From: an uncultured Methanosarcinaceae archaeon
GTDB lineage: Archaea > Halobacteriota > Methanosarcinia > Methanosarcinales > Methanosarcinaceae
Assembly: GCA_963847185.1 (NCBI GenBank)
Contig: CAWJYV010000007.1
Coordinates: 64,001 to 128,000 of the forward strand
DNA length: 64,000 nt
Reading direction: 5' to 3'
Shown: piece after piece, positions 20,725 through 31,200 of the stretch
Numbering within the stretch: position 1 is the stretch's first letter
How the letters are laid out: each line of letters opens with the position of its first letter
Notes under the pieces: generated by a model
The model's input: the letters and a program-made list of their open reading frames with translations, nothing else
Databases searched by the model: none
Told to the model about the DNA's origin: nothing
Made by a program: the position numbers and the translations under genes

Positions 20725-21759
20725 ATGGAAGAAATCATCTTTGACGATATAGGAAGTTATCCCCTTCCTGAAGAAGTTAGCAAAGAGTGGGTTCAAAACG
20801 CTTTTAAGACAAGAGCAGAAGATGAGAAACTCTTTACGATAATTAATGACGCTTTCCAGCAAAAAATAGACGCAGGTGTACAGGTTCCTACCTATCCCCA
20901 GTATCAGGACATGAATGAACAGTTCCTGAAGGTTATTCGGGATTCCAACTGCTGTGATAGTCCCTTTGAGATAAAACTTGAGTGTGCGAAAATAGAAGAG
21001 CTTGAGGCTATAGAGAAGGTTGCAAAAGCCTATAAGGAACAGTTCGGAGAGACTCTAAAGGTTAGGATTTGTGTAACCGGCCCAACTGAACTTTACCTTA
21101 GAGAGTTTGGGGGTACACGGTATACGGATATTTATTCTCTTTTTGCAAAAAATGTAAATAAATTTGTTCGAAACTCTATGAAAGCTGCCAAGCATTTTAA
21201 AATCTCAACTGTTTCTATTGATGAACCAAGCATCGGGCTGAACCCTGAACTTTCTTTTGATGAAAATGATATTATCTCTGCCCTTACGGATGCCTCAAAA
21301 TCAGCAAGTAAATGGGGGGCAGACGTGGAAATCCACCTCCATTCTCCTCTCTACTACAATTTTGCCTGCGAGACTCCTACGATCAATGTCATAGGAGTAG
21401 AATCTGCGGGTACGCCTTCCTATCTGGAGCTCATTGATAAAAAAGTTCTAGAGAGTACAGATTCTTTCCTCAGGCTGGGAGTTGCAAGAACTGACATCTT
21501 CACCCTGGCAGGAGCTCTTAATGAAAAGTACTGTACCAATGTCTGGAAAGATCAGCAATACCTTCCAGAGATTGTAACGGAACTGGAAACTCCGGCTGTT
21601 ATAACAAAGAGACTCAAGCTTTATTACAGGCGTTTTGGTAATCTGATAAAGTATGTTGGTCCTGACTGTGGGCTGGGCTCCTGGCCTAATCAGAGGATGG
21701 CTTTTATTCTGCTTTCCAATGTAGCTCAGGGAATCAAGGATTTCAGGGAATCTTTTTAA
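20725..21759 (+). CDS. core (single-domain MetE-like) methionine synthase, copy 2
   Basis: IGSYP, PTYPQY, IDEPSIG, IHLH, GPDCGLG; full-length paralog of the upstream gene. Confidence 0.87.
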   Translation: MEEIIFDDIGSYPLPEEVSKEWVQNAFKTRAEDEKLFTIINDAFQQKIDAGVQVPTYPQYQDMNEQFLKVIRDSNCCDSPFEIKLECAKIEELEAIEKVAKAYKEQFGETLKVRICVTGPTELYLREFGGTRYTDIYSLFAKNVNKFVRNSMKAAKHFKISTVSIDEPSIGLNPELSFDENDIISALTDASKSASKWGADVEIHLHSPLYYNFACETPTINVIGVESAGTPSYLELIDKKVLESTDSFLRLGVARTDIFTLAGALNEKYCTNVWKDQQYLPEIVTELETPAVITKRLKLYYRRFGNLIKYVGPDCGLGSWPNQRMAFILLSNVAQGIKDFRESF

Positions 21760-21936
21760 CCCTGAATCTTTTTCAGTTATTTTTCAGAAAGATCAGGTTC
21801 TATTTTTCTTTTCAGTGGAAGGGATGGTATTATGTGACATGTCTTAAAAAATGTCTATTGATGTCAAAGCACAGTGGAAATGAGGGGGTGGTTCTTTACG
21901 ACTGTTCCTGAATATTTCTTATTTCAAAGCCCCTAG

Positions 21937-22107
21937 TCATTCATTAAGTCTTCCGTGCCTTCTATCAATCTCATCCATCATGTCCAGCATCTTTCGAATG
22001 GCGGTCCGAATAGCATCTGACTGGCTGACGAATTTTTTATTATCTCCCACATGCCTGTTAAGGTCATCCAGAAGTTCCTGCGGGATTTCAACACTTACTT
22101 TTGGCAT
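21937..22107 (-). CDS. ribbon-helix-helix (CopG/MetJ-like) protein
   Basis: MPKVSVEIPQELLDDL...SQSDAIRTAIR RHH pattern; AGGTG SD upstream. Confidence 0.88.
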   Translation of the reverse strand: MPKVSVEIPQELLDDLNRHVGDNKKFVSQSDAIRTAIRKMLDMMDEIDRRHGRLNE

Positions 22108-22229
22108 TAGAATTGCACCTGTTTGTGTCAAATTTATGAGCTATAAGGCTTAAAATGTCATCTTATTGGAAGAAGCTTGATACAAACATTTTATTTTAAA
22201 TTTTAAAAGAGCTTTGAGAAAGAGATCAG

Positions 22230-22303
22230 CGGGCCCGAAGGGATTTGAACCCCCGGCCTATGGATTAAGAGTCCATCGCTCTGCCTGACTAAGCTACGGG
22301 CCC
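22230..22303 (-). tRNA. tRNA-Lys(CTT)
   Basis: GGGCCCGTAGCTTAGTCAGGCAGAGCGATGGACTCTTAATCCATAGGCCGGGGGTTCAAATCCCTTCGGGCCCG; anticodon stem ATGGA/TCCAT, loop CT-CTT-AA; no encoded CCA. Confidence 0.97.
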
Positions 22304-22831
22304 ACGCATTGTCATTCTCATTGAATGAGCGACTCTCACAATGAGCTTTTAATTATTTATAGGTTTCGGCATGAGTTTATCTTCCTCGTATCTTTCCGAA
22401 TTTGAATCTTAATTTGTAAGGGTATATGCTTACAATCTAAGTGCTTTTTGTTTATATGCAAAAGGTTTACTTTAAAACACATATTCTTATTTTATTATTG
22501 GAACTCTTTTCTTTTATATGAATGTCTATGATTCCAGAATCTCTAAATGAGAAATCGGACATCTGAGACCTTGGTTTAGGCGTTATCTCAACTTCATTAT
22601 TTTTCTTTTTTTGCAAACATTAAAGCAAAACGTTATATACAAGCGAATATGAGTATGACCATTGATTGACTTATCCGAAGCTCTGTTGGGGATCAATTAA
22701 TCAAATAGATTAAGTAGAATGCGTACTACCAATTTGGTTTTTCAAGTTTGGTTTGTTAAGTACTGTTTTTACTCTTCTCTGTCGATGGAGCTTGTTTAAG
22801 CTGATTAATAGAATTTAAAGGAACGAATCTA

Positions 22832-23038
22832 ATGTTTAGAGATGAAAGTGCTTCTGTGCCCGTTGAAGAGGGCAGAACTTACGATGTAAATATTCAGGAT
22901 GTAGGTCGTAATGGAGACGGTATCGCCCGTATCGAAGGCTTCGTAGTTTTTGTCCCGAATACAAATGTTGGCGATGAAGTTCAGATTAAGGTCGAAAGAG
23001 TACTTCCCAAATTTGCATTTGCAACCGTTGTCGAGTAA
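22832..23038 (+). CDS. single TRAM-domain RNA chaperone, copy 1
   Basis: PVEEG..YDV.I.D.G..GDGIARIEGFVVFVP. Confidence 0.94.
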   Translation: MFRDESASVPVEEGRTYDVNIQDVGRNGDGIARIEGFVVFVPNTNVGDEVQIKVERVLPKFAFATVVE

Positions 23039-23100
23039 ATGCAGATGAAGGAAATCAAATAATTTGATTGATTAAGTTAAGTATTAAAGGAATGGTTTTA

Positions 23101-23307
23101 ATGTTCAGAGAAGAAAGTCGTTCAATCCCTGTCGAAGAGGGCAAAGTTTACGATGTAACAATTCAGGATATTGCTCGCCAGGGAGACGGCATCGCTCGTA
23201 TTGAGGGTTTTGTGGTCTTTGTCCCGAATACGAGTGTTGGCGATGAAGTTCAGATTAAGGTCAAGAGAGTGCTCCCCAAATTTGCATTTGCAGATGTTGT
23301 CGAGTAA
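23101..23307 (+). CDS. single TRAM-domain RNA chaperone, copy 2
   Basis: same TRAM motif; start aligned with paralogs (MFREES). Confidence 0.94.
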   Translation: MFREESRSIPVEEGKVYDVTIQDIARQGDGIARIEGFVVFVPNTSVGDEVQIKVKRVLPKFAFADVVE

Positions 23308-23368
23308 ATGCAGGATGAGAGAGCAAATTTAGATTAATTAACTAAGGTAGATTAAAGGAATGGTTTTC

Positions 23369-23575
23369 ATGTTCAGAGAAGAAAGTCGCTCAGTCCCTGT
23401 CGAAGAGGGCGAAGTATACGATGTAACAATTCAGGATATTGCTCGCCAGGGAGACGGCATTGCACGTATAGAGGGTTTTGTTATCTTTGTTCCGGGCACT
23501 AAAGTTGGAGACGAAGTCCGGATTAAAGTCGAAAGAGTACTTCCTAAATATGGTTTTGCCAGCGTTGTTGAATAA
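23369..23575 (+). CDS. single TRAM-domain RNA chaperone, copy 3
   Basis: same TRAM motif; start aligned with paralogs. Confidence 0.94.
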   Translation: MFREESRSVPVEEGEVYDVTIQDIARQGDGIARIEGFVIFVPGTKVGDEVRIKVERVLPKYGFASVVE

Positions 23576-23929
23576 GCTTGGCACTCAAAATGGAAAGAGC
23601 TAGACTGAAAAATCATATATCATAATTAATTTTTTTCAGTCTTTTCTATTCATTAATACGCTTTAATTGATTTTTTAGTTTTCTTGTTTTCTAAGTTCTA
23701 GCTTTTAATCTTTTCTTCGAGTTTAGTCTTCTTGTTCATTCAGTGTCCTTACTTGTGTTTTTTATTGAGGCATCTGATGGTGAACATCCGGTGGTGAACG
23801 TTCGATGCTGTTATATAATAGATCTCCAATCATATTCTGGAAACTCAATTGAAGAAGATTTTATAAATCTTTATAGATAAGACAATTGCCTTTCACGATG
23901 GCCGGGGAAAGCAACCCGGAGTGATTCTC

Positions 23930-24376
23930 ATGATTCGTTTTATCAAGTACCACCCCCGCTCCAATACTTTTGTGATTGAAAAAAGAGCTTTTCTTGAGAA
24001 TGACCTTACCCTGGACGGCAATGTTATTGTCGGACAGGAGGTTAAATTCTGGAAAGATCTTACTGTAACTGGCAGGCTTGAACTCGGGAAAGGTTCGATT
24101 GTTAAAGGTAGTGTGAAAGCCAGAAATGCCCTTGTCTGCTCAGAGGCAAAAATTCTGGGGAATATAGAAACGGTATCTGAACTTGTCCTTCTTGATAGAG
24201 CCAGAGTAAACGCTGCAGCCTGCGAGGGAGATATTCGCATCAGACCAGGTTGTTTTATAGGTTCTGTAAAAGCAGGAGGAACTCTCGAGCTTGTGGGAAA
24301 GGTTGCTGTAAAAAGAGTGGAACCTTTAACAAAAATGATTATTCGGGCCGAAGAAGAATTTTCGGCTCCTTTGTGA
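23930..24376 (+). CDS. bactofilin-like / polymer-forming beta-helix protein
   Basis: repeating short beta motifs (LTLDGNVIVG, LELGKGSIVKGSVKA, ILGNIET). Confidence 0.7.
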   Translation: MIRFIKYHPRSNTFVIEKRAFLENDLTLDGNVIVGQEVKFWKDLTVTGRLELGKGSIVKGSVKARNALVCSEAKILGNIETVSELVLLDRARVNAAACEGDIRIRPGCFIGSVKAGGTLELVGKVAVKRVEPLTKMIIRAEEEFSAPL

Positions 24377-24399
24377 TTTATTCTAATCTTTACAATAAT

Positions 24400-25164
24400 T
24401 CATTTTTTAAACCTTTCTTCTTCCAGAAGTTTCAGGACATGATCTCTCAAAAGATTGGCTTCTGGACCCGTTCGACATCTAGGGCGCGGCAGATCTACCT
24501 TTACGATCTCTTTTACCCTTCCTGGCCTGGAGGTCATTACCACTATCCTGTCCGAGAGAAAAACGGCCTCATCTACACTGTGAGTTACAAAAAGAAAGGT
24601 CACATGTTTTTGTTCCCATATCTTCAGGAGTTCGTCCTGCAGAATATTTCGGGTCTGGGCATCAAGAGCTCCAAAAGGCTCGTCCATAAGAAGCACCTCA
24701 GGCTCGTTGGAAAGGGCTCTTGCAATGGCTGCTCTCTGCTGCATGCCTCCTGATAACTCATGAGGGTAGCTGTTTTTGAATTGTTCCAGGCCTACGAGTT
24801 CTATATACTTCTCCACATGCTTTCTGGCTTCAGCCTTTTTAATTCCCTGCATCTCGAGTCCAAAGGTGATGTTATCCATGACGGTTCTCCAGGGAAAGAG
24901 AGAATACTGCTGAAAAACCATGCCCCTTTTAGGATCCGGCCCTGTTATAGGGACTCCGTTTAGTGTGATTTCTCCTGAAGTCTGGGTCTCAAGTCCTGCA
25001 GTAATCCTGAGCAAAGTTGTTTTTCCACAACCTGAAGGCCCTAGAATGCAGATAAACTCTCCATCCTCTACATTAAAACTTACGTCGTGCAGAGCTTCTG
25101 TTCCGGACTCATCTTCTTCTTTTGTGAATGTACGGGATACATTTTTTACACTTAATCTTCCCAT
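24400..25164 (-). CDS. ABC transporter ATPase, SsuB/TauB/NitT type
   Basis: GPSGCGKTT, LSGGMQQR, LLMDEPFGALDAQTR. Confidence 0.94.
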   Translation of the reverse strand: MGRLSVKNVSRTFTKEEDESGTEALHDVSFNVEDGEFICILGPSGCGKTTLLRITAGLETQTSGEITLNGVPITGPDPKRGMVFQQYSLFPWRTVMDNITFGLEMQGIKKAEARKHVEKYIELVGLEQFKNSYPHELSGGMQQRAAIARALSNEPEVLLMDEPFGALDAQTRNILQDELLKIWEQKHVTFLFVTHSVDEAVFLSDRIVVMTSRPGRVKEIVKVDLPRPRCRTGPEANLLRDHVLKLLEEERFKK

Positions 25165-25165
25165 T

Positions 25166-25951
25166 TTATACCACAGTTCCTGCCTGCCATCTAAGTAATT
25201 TTTCATCTACATAATATCTGAAGAAGCGGTCAATTAAAAGACCCACAAATCCAAGTAGTAGCATATAGACAAGTACGAAATCCATTCTGTGTATGTAGTA
25301 ATTGTGCCATATTTCGAATCCAAGTCCACTGCTGCTTCCAAACATTTCTGCAGCTACTAGACACATCCAGCCTACACCCATTGCAATTCTGATTCCTGCA
25401 ACAATTGAAGGCATAGCTGAAGGGATCGCAATAAAACGGATGAGGTCAACATTCCGGGTACAACCAAGAACTTTTGCTGCTTCAACATAAACTTTCGGTA
25501 CGTTTTTAAAACCAGTATATGTGTTAATGACAATAGGAAAGACCATTCCTATAAATACAACAAAACCTGCAGCCTGATGAGTAAGTCCAAACCATATGAT
25601 TGCAAAAGGAATCCAGGCAATAGGAGGTATTGGACGTAGTATTTCTATTATAGGGTCGATTGCTCTGTTTAGTGTCTTGAACCATCCCATGGCTATTCCC
25701 AGGGGAATTCCAACTGCAAACGCGCCAACAATACCAATTGAAAAATGAAGTAAACTAGTTAGTGTATCGGTAATAATTAGTCCACTTTTGATAATCGCAG
25801 AAAAAGATATCAGTACATCATAAAAACTCGGCAGAATAAATTTTTTCTGTACTATATTATCTGCTGTAAACTGCCATACTGCAATTACAACTAGCAAAGA
25901 TAATGCTTCAATGCCTTTTTCTTCGATTGCTCTTCTGAAATTAATTTTCAT
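25166..25951 (-). CDS. ABC transporter permease, SsuC/TauC type
   Basis: RPIPPIAWIP, EAA motif, LVAAEM; multiple TMs. Confidence 0.94.
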   Translation of the reverse strand: MKINFRRAIEEKGIEALSLLVVIAVWQFTADNIVQKKFILPSFYDVLISFSAIIKSGLIITDTLTSLLHFSIGIVGAFAVGIPLGIAMGWFKTLNRAIDPIIEILRPIPPIAWIPFAIIWFGLTHQAAGFVVFIGMVFPIVINTYTGFKNVPKVYVEAAKVLGCTRNVDLIRFIAIPSAMPSIVAGIRIAMGVGWMCLVAAEMFGSSSGLGFEIWHNYYIHRMDFVLVYMLLLGFVGLLIDRFFRYYVDEKLLRWQAGTVV

Positions 25952-26091
25952 GTCTTATTAAAAGAATTCTTACTTTTTTATCTTTCCGGCAGATTTCATC
26001 TTTCAAAATGAATTGTGGTTCAAACTGCCTCTTATATATAAAGAGGCAGATGAACTCTTTTTTATTTAAACTTTATTTTCAATATTTCAGG

Positions 26092-27117
26092 TTATTTCTC
26101 ATTGACAGCTTTCTCATAGAAACTTGTATCAAAGATTTCATCTTCTGTCAAAGGTTTCTGAGTATAATTCAGTTCATACTGAATTCTCGAGTAATCGACA
26201 GTTGAGTTTTCAATCAGGGCTGGATCTGTAATCCATTTTCCATCCCATTCCTTAAGAGACTTCTTCACAACATCGAGATTCTCTGTAGTTTTATTTGAAT
26301 AAATTTGAGCAGCTTCATCCACATTCTGCTGGTTATATTCTGTTGCCTTTATATGAGTCTTGACAATCTGTTCTACAATATCCGGATGCTCTCTGATAAG
26401 CTTTCCACTTACCAAGAGTACACAGCAGGCATGATTTGGACTCATTTCTCCAGATTGCACAATGGTACGTCCATTACCTTCCTTTTCGATAACTGCCGGG
26501 GACGGATGAGGCAGGAACACTGCAGCAACCTGTTTGGCTGAAATGGCTGTGACAGCGTCTCCAGGAGTCATTCCTACAATTGTCACATCTTTTTCAGGGT
26601 CAAGTCCGTTTTTCTTGACCCATTCTCTGAGCAAGGTATCCTGAATCGTTCCTGATGGGAAGGTAGCGATCTTAAGTCCTTTCAGGTCTTCAGGACTTTT
26701 ATATTCGTACTCGGGTCTCAGGACAAGACTTGAACCATTTATCTGGACAGGTTCAACAATCTTTGCATCAAGACCACCGCTAAGGGCTGTAATCGCAGGG
26801 GCTGCTCCAACGTAGGCTACATCAAGGTCTCCAGCCATCATTGCCTGCATCTCGGGAGCACCAGTCGGAAATTGGAATTCGTTTATTTTTTCTATTCCAT
26901 AGGGTGCGAGATCTTCTTTCCACCATCCTTTTTCAGCTGCAGTCATGTATGCAATCTGATGTGTACTTGGCTGATAGCCAATGTTCAGTTCGGTAATTGC
27001 AGGTGCTTCAGCACCGCTTTTATTATCAGACTCGTTTCCACTATTAGATACGCAACCTGATACGAAGGCAAATAAGACCAGCAGTAAAGTAAGTACCATT
27101 ACGCTTAGTTTTTTCAA
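26092..27117 (-). CDS. ABC substrate-binding lipoprotein, SsuA/NMT1 type
   Basis: lipobox FVSGC; IGYQPSTH, AMMAGDLDVAYVG. Confidence 0.92.
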   Translation of the reverse strand: MKKLSVMVLTLLLVLFAFVSGCVSNSGNESDNKSGAEAPAITELNIGYQPSTHQIAYMTAAEKGWWKEDLAPYGIEKINEFQFPTGAPEMQAMMAGDLDVAYVGAAPAITALSGGLDAKIVEPVQINGSSLVLRPEYEYKSPEDLKGLKIATFPSGTIQDTLLREWVKKNGLDPEKDVTIVGMTPGDAVTAISAKQVAAVFLPHPSPAVIEKEGNGRTIVQSGEMSPNHACCVLLVSGKLIREHPDIVEQIVKTHIKATEYNQQNVDEAAQIYSNKTTENLDVVKKSLKEWDGKWITDPALIENSTVDYSRIQYELNYTQKPLTEDEIFDTSFYEKAVNEK

Positions 27118-27514
27118 AGCTCCACCTCTATACTTCTATAACTGATAATAATTTCTATTAATGATACCAATTCCTATAAAACGATACCCTTAATATCTAA
27201 ATACATCTTCTAAAATACAACTTTTCTAATGAAATCCACAGGCTTTTAGGTATTCTATTTGTAAGTTTTTTTATAACAGCATGAAAGATATTTTAAATTT
27301 CAAAGAAGAAATCTGTGAATATAAAAAGCATTTACTTTAATGAATTAATATTTTTTAAAACCTTCTATATATGCTTTCTCGAAGGTCTCGGGATTATATC
27401 CCAAATGTATTAATATATCTGAATGTATTTCTCATTCGGGAATAAAATTTTAATAAACGTAAATTATTTGAAGCTACCGAAATATTTTTATAGGACTTTC
27501 AAAAGTTGATTTTT

Positions 27515-28036
27515 ATGAATGTTGCAGACAAAGTTATCAAATCCGCGTTCGAGTCAGATGAGGTATTTCAAAAAACGCTTTCTACTGTAATTAAAGAGGA
27601 CCTTAACCTCACTGCAGTGGATTTTGCAAAAAAGGCTAATATTCCTCCGAGTACCCTCTATAAGATCCTATCGGGTAACCGGGACCCTAATATCAAAACC
27701 CTCCGTCAGATAGTAAAAACAATACGTGATATCAAAGAATCTGATAGTGGAGATTTTATTGCTGTAATAGCCGCTCGCTCAGTACTTGACAATATAGTAG
27801 AAACAAAGAAAAAGATTGCTGGCAGGCTGGTCACAATAAGGGAATACTCCGCAACCTCAATGGAAGAAGCTATAATAGCAGCTGTTAATGCCGAAAGAGA
27901 TGGTGCTAAAGCCCTTGTCTGTGCTCCAATAGTAAGTCCTACAGTGGAAAAAATTCTGAATATCCCTGTTACGACCATTATCCCGAAAAATAGCCTTATA
28001 GACGCTATTGAACTTGCGCTCAAAAAGATGGAGTAA
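27515..28036 (+). CDS. XRE-type HTH transcriptional regulator with a C-terminal sensor domain
   Basis: AKKANIPPSTLYKILSGNRDPNIKTL HTH; divergent from the ABC operon. Confidence 0.88.
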   Translation: MNVADKVIKSAFESDEVFQKTLSTVIKEDLNLTAVDFAKKANIPPSTLYKILSGNRDPNIKTLRQIVKTIRDIKESDSGDFIAVIAARSVLDNIVETKKKIAGRLVTIREYSATSMEEAIIAAVNAERDGAKALVCAPIVSPTVEKILNIPVTTIIPKNSLIDAIELALKKME

Positions 28037-28177
28037 TCTGGAACAGGAATAAAACTCGGAATAAAATATAAAATTAGAAAATTAAAAAACTGCTTTCTAA
28101 AACCCTGTAAATGTCTGATGGGTTCTGAAAAACTGCTTTCAAATCAAACTTAAATCATTTTAATCTTTTTTACTCAA

Positions 28178-28210
28178 AAAAACCCGCGTTTTGATTAACG
28201 CGGGGATTTA
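28178..28210. terminator. hairpin between convergent genes (CCCGCGTT-TTGATT-AACGCGGG)
   Basis: perfect 8-bp stem flanked by A and T tracts. Confidence 0.6.
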
Positions 28211-28256
28211 AGTTTAATTTCTCTTGTTTTTCAGTATTTTCTATTTTTTACTGTCT

Positions 28257-31200
28257 TTATTTTCTCGGTTTTATCGAGTCTACAATCTCCTGTACTTTCT
28301 GCTGCAGCATTGCCATATCTCCACCGCCTTTTGTAAAGAAATAAGCAGCTCCGCCGATAATTAACAGGACAAAAACTCCAAGGACATAAAGCAGCAAAGA
28401 AGACTTTTCTTTTACCGTATAGGAACCGGTTTGTTCTCCTATTGTTACGTTATAAGTTCCTGGGTTTTCTTCACTGTGTTCAAAGGTCACTGTAGTGTTA
28501 TTCCCTATACCCAGAGAGACATCCTGTGAATCAACTACACTTCCGTTTACAGACAGTTCCGCATTATATTCTCCTGCAGCATTGCCTGCGTTTTCGACAT
28601 TAGCTGAGATCGTCGTGTTCTTTCCGGCTTTGACTTCTATAGGGTTGATTACAAGGTTAGATACCTCAAAAATGGCTTCAAGATCCTTCACTTTAAGGCT
28701 GGTGCTTTCTTCAGTAAAGCCATCTTTTGCAACACTGATCTTGACAGTACCGCTTTTTTCCGAGGTATAAGTGATCTTTCCATCAGATCCGGTTGTTCCA
28801 ATAACTTTGTCATCAACTGAAACATTTGCACCCTCGATTGGATCTCCTCCAATCTTTTTCAAGACTTCTATCGTGGCTGTATCGCCTACATAAACTGTTT
28901 CAGGAGAAATGCTGAGGCTTATTCCCTCTTTCGGAGAATTGACATTGATTTCTTTGCTTGTTTTTGTGTAATCTTCTTTTTCTGCAGTTATTTTCAGGGT
29001 TCCTACCTCTTCAGCCGTGTACTCAACAATTCCATCAGCATTGGTTTCTCCAGCGCTGGTTTCATTAACCGATACAGTAGCCCCTTCTACGGGTTCCCCG
29101 CCTGCAGTTATTTCAATATCAAAGTTGTCTCCTGCATAGATTTCGTCAGGTACACCTATTTTCAGTGATGTGCTGCTGTTTCCTTCGCCTCCTGAGTCAA
29201 CCTCCACAAAGGGATAGAACCTGAGAGTACTGGAATCAGCGGTCTTGAAACTGACATTGCCCATAACATCGACGGTTTCATCCTGGCCAAGCCCGATATC
29301 GTCATCATTTTTCATTGTGATGCCGCTTTCTGAGACACTAGTAACTTCCATTTCGCCGAATGTATCTCCGTTGTTGATTTCAGTGTAATCATCCGAAAGC
29401 TGGAAAATACCCTGTACAAAGACAGCAGAACTCTCACTTCCTGCAAATACTGTGCCGAAATGGACTATGATGAGAGGTACGCTTTCTGATTCTCCAAGTT
29501 CAGTTTCATAGATATAATCCTCACCTGAGGTGACAAAGCCCTCATCTACCACTTCTCCGTCTTTCTCTAGCTGGACCCATACACTTTCTCCGTTAACATC
29601 AACTTCCTTGATGCTCAAAGAGTAGCCATCTTCAAGGGTAAGGGCAGAACCTGAGTTCATGGATTCTTTGTCATCTGTGTCGGTAAGAACTTTACAAAGG
29701 ATACTGTCTGAAAGAAGGCTCACATCATCAACTGCTCCATCAACAGAGCCATCAGTATACCCTGCAAAATACTTATCTGCCATGAAGCCAACAACTGTGA
29801 AATTGCCCCATTCACTGTGTTCAAAATCAACGCTTTGAGGCGTGGACTCGTAGACTAGTTTGCCTGAGGGTATGTCCCTACTTCCAAATTCTTCTACTGT
29901 CAGGTTTTCAGTCCCAATTCCTTCATCTATATTGTAATAGAAACCTTCGAAGTTGAAAGGATCCCAGCTCGGGAGAGAATCTCCTTCTTCATAGACAGTC
30001 CCGCGCAGTTCGTAGGTACCCGACTCCGAGGTGTCAAGGATAGGGGCAAAACGCAGTGTGCTGGAATCAGCTACCTGAATCTTTATTTTGCCCATAAGAT
30101 CTACTGTATCTCCCTCGTCGAGTCCGACACTAGCATCATTCTTCATTTTTATTTCACTACTGCTCAGGGATGTTACTTCCATTTCTCCGAAGGTATCCCC
30201 ATTAGTGAGTTCGGTATACTCGTCCGATATCTGGAAGATTCCCTGTACGAATACAGCAGAAGTTTCGCTTCCTGCAAATACCGTGCCGAAGTGAACAATG
30301 ATTATGGGTACATCTTCTGCTTCTCCAAGGTCAGCTTCATAGGTATAGTCCTCACCTGAGGTGACAAATCCCTCATCTACCACTTCTCCGTCTTTTTCTA
30401 GCTGGACCCATACACTTTCTCCATTAACATCGACTTCCTTGATATTCAGAGAGTATCCTTCCTCGAGGGCAAGAGCATCTCCAGAATTTGCTGACTTTTT
30501 ATCATCACTGTCGATCAGGATTTTGGAAAGAATACCATCGGAAATCGGGCTTATATCGTCACCTACAACTTCGGAATCATTCTTAGTGTAACCTGCAAAG
30601 TATTTCTCTGCCATGAACCCAATAATCTCATATGAACCCCAGTCACCATATTCAAAGCTAGTCTTAGTAGGCGTTGTGATGTACTCGATATTTCCAGAAT
30701 CTATGCTTCTGTCTATATCTGTAATGGTCATATTTTCTGAGGAGACTCCCGTATCAAGGTCATAGTAGAAGCCTGAATAACTCTGAGCATCCCATGTATA
30801 AGTTGTAGGCATTCCAGTTTGCCAGATCCTTTTCCCGCTTGAACTGCTTGCGGAACCTGCCTCAATAATTTTAGTTGATGTACTCTGATTTCCATTACTG
30901 TAGGTCGCAGTTAAAGCCACTGTGTAGCTGTTTTGGCTTGTATAGGTATGAATCGGATTCTTTTCTGTACTATTTGCACTCCCATCCCCAAAACTCCAGT
31001 CTAACTTGGTAGGTGAACCTGTACTTTTGTCAGTAAACTGAACAGTTAAGGGTATAGATCCCTCTGTAACATTTGCCTCAAAAGCAGCAGTTGAAGCTAA
31101 TACGGTTATATCCTTAGTTGCTGGATCAGATGTAGTAGTTGCATTTTCTGCTGTTAGTGTTACTATGTACGTTCCTGCGGTGGTATAAGTGTGTACTACT

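Noticed and set aside
22230-22303. tRNA as an integration site for an island, or as tRNA-Pyl
   Set aside because: anticodon is CTT with a canonical cloverleaf; no integrase or duplicated 3' end nearby
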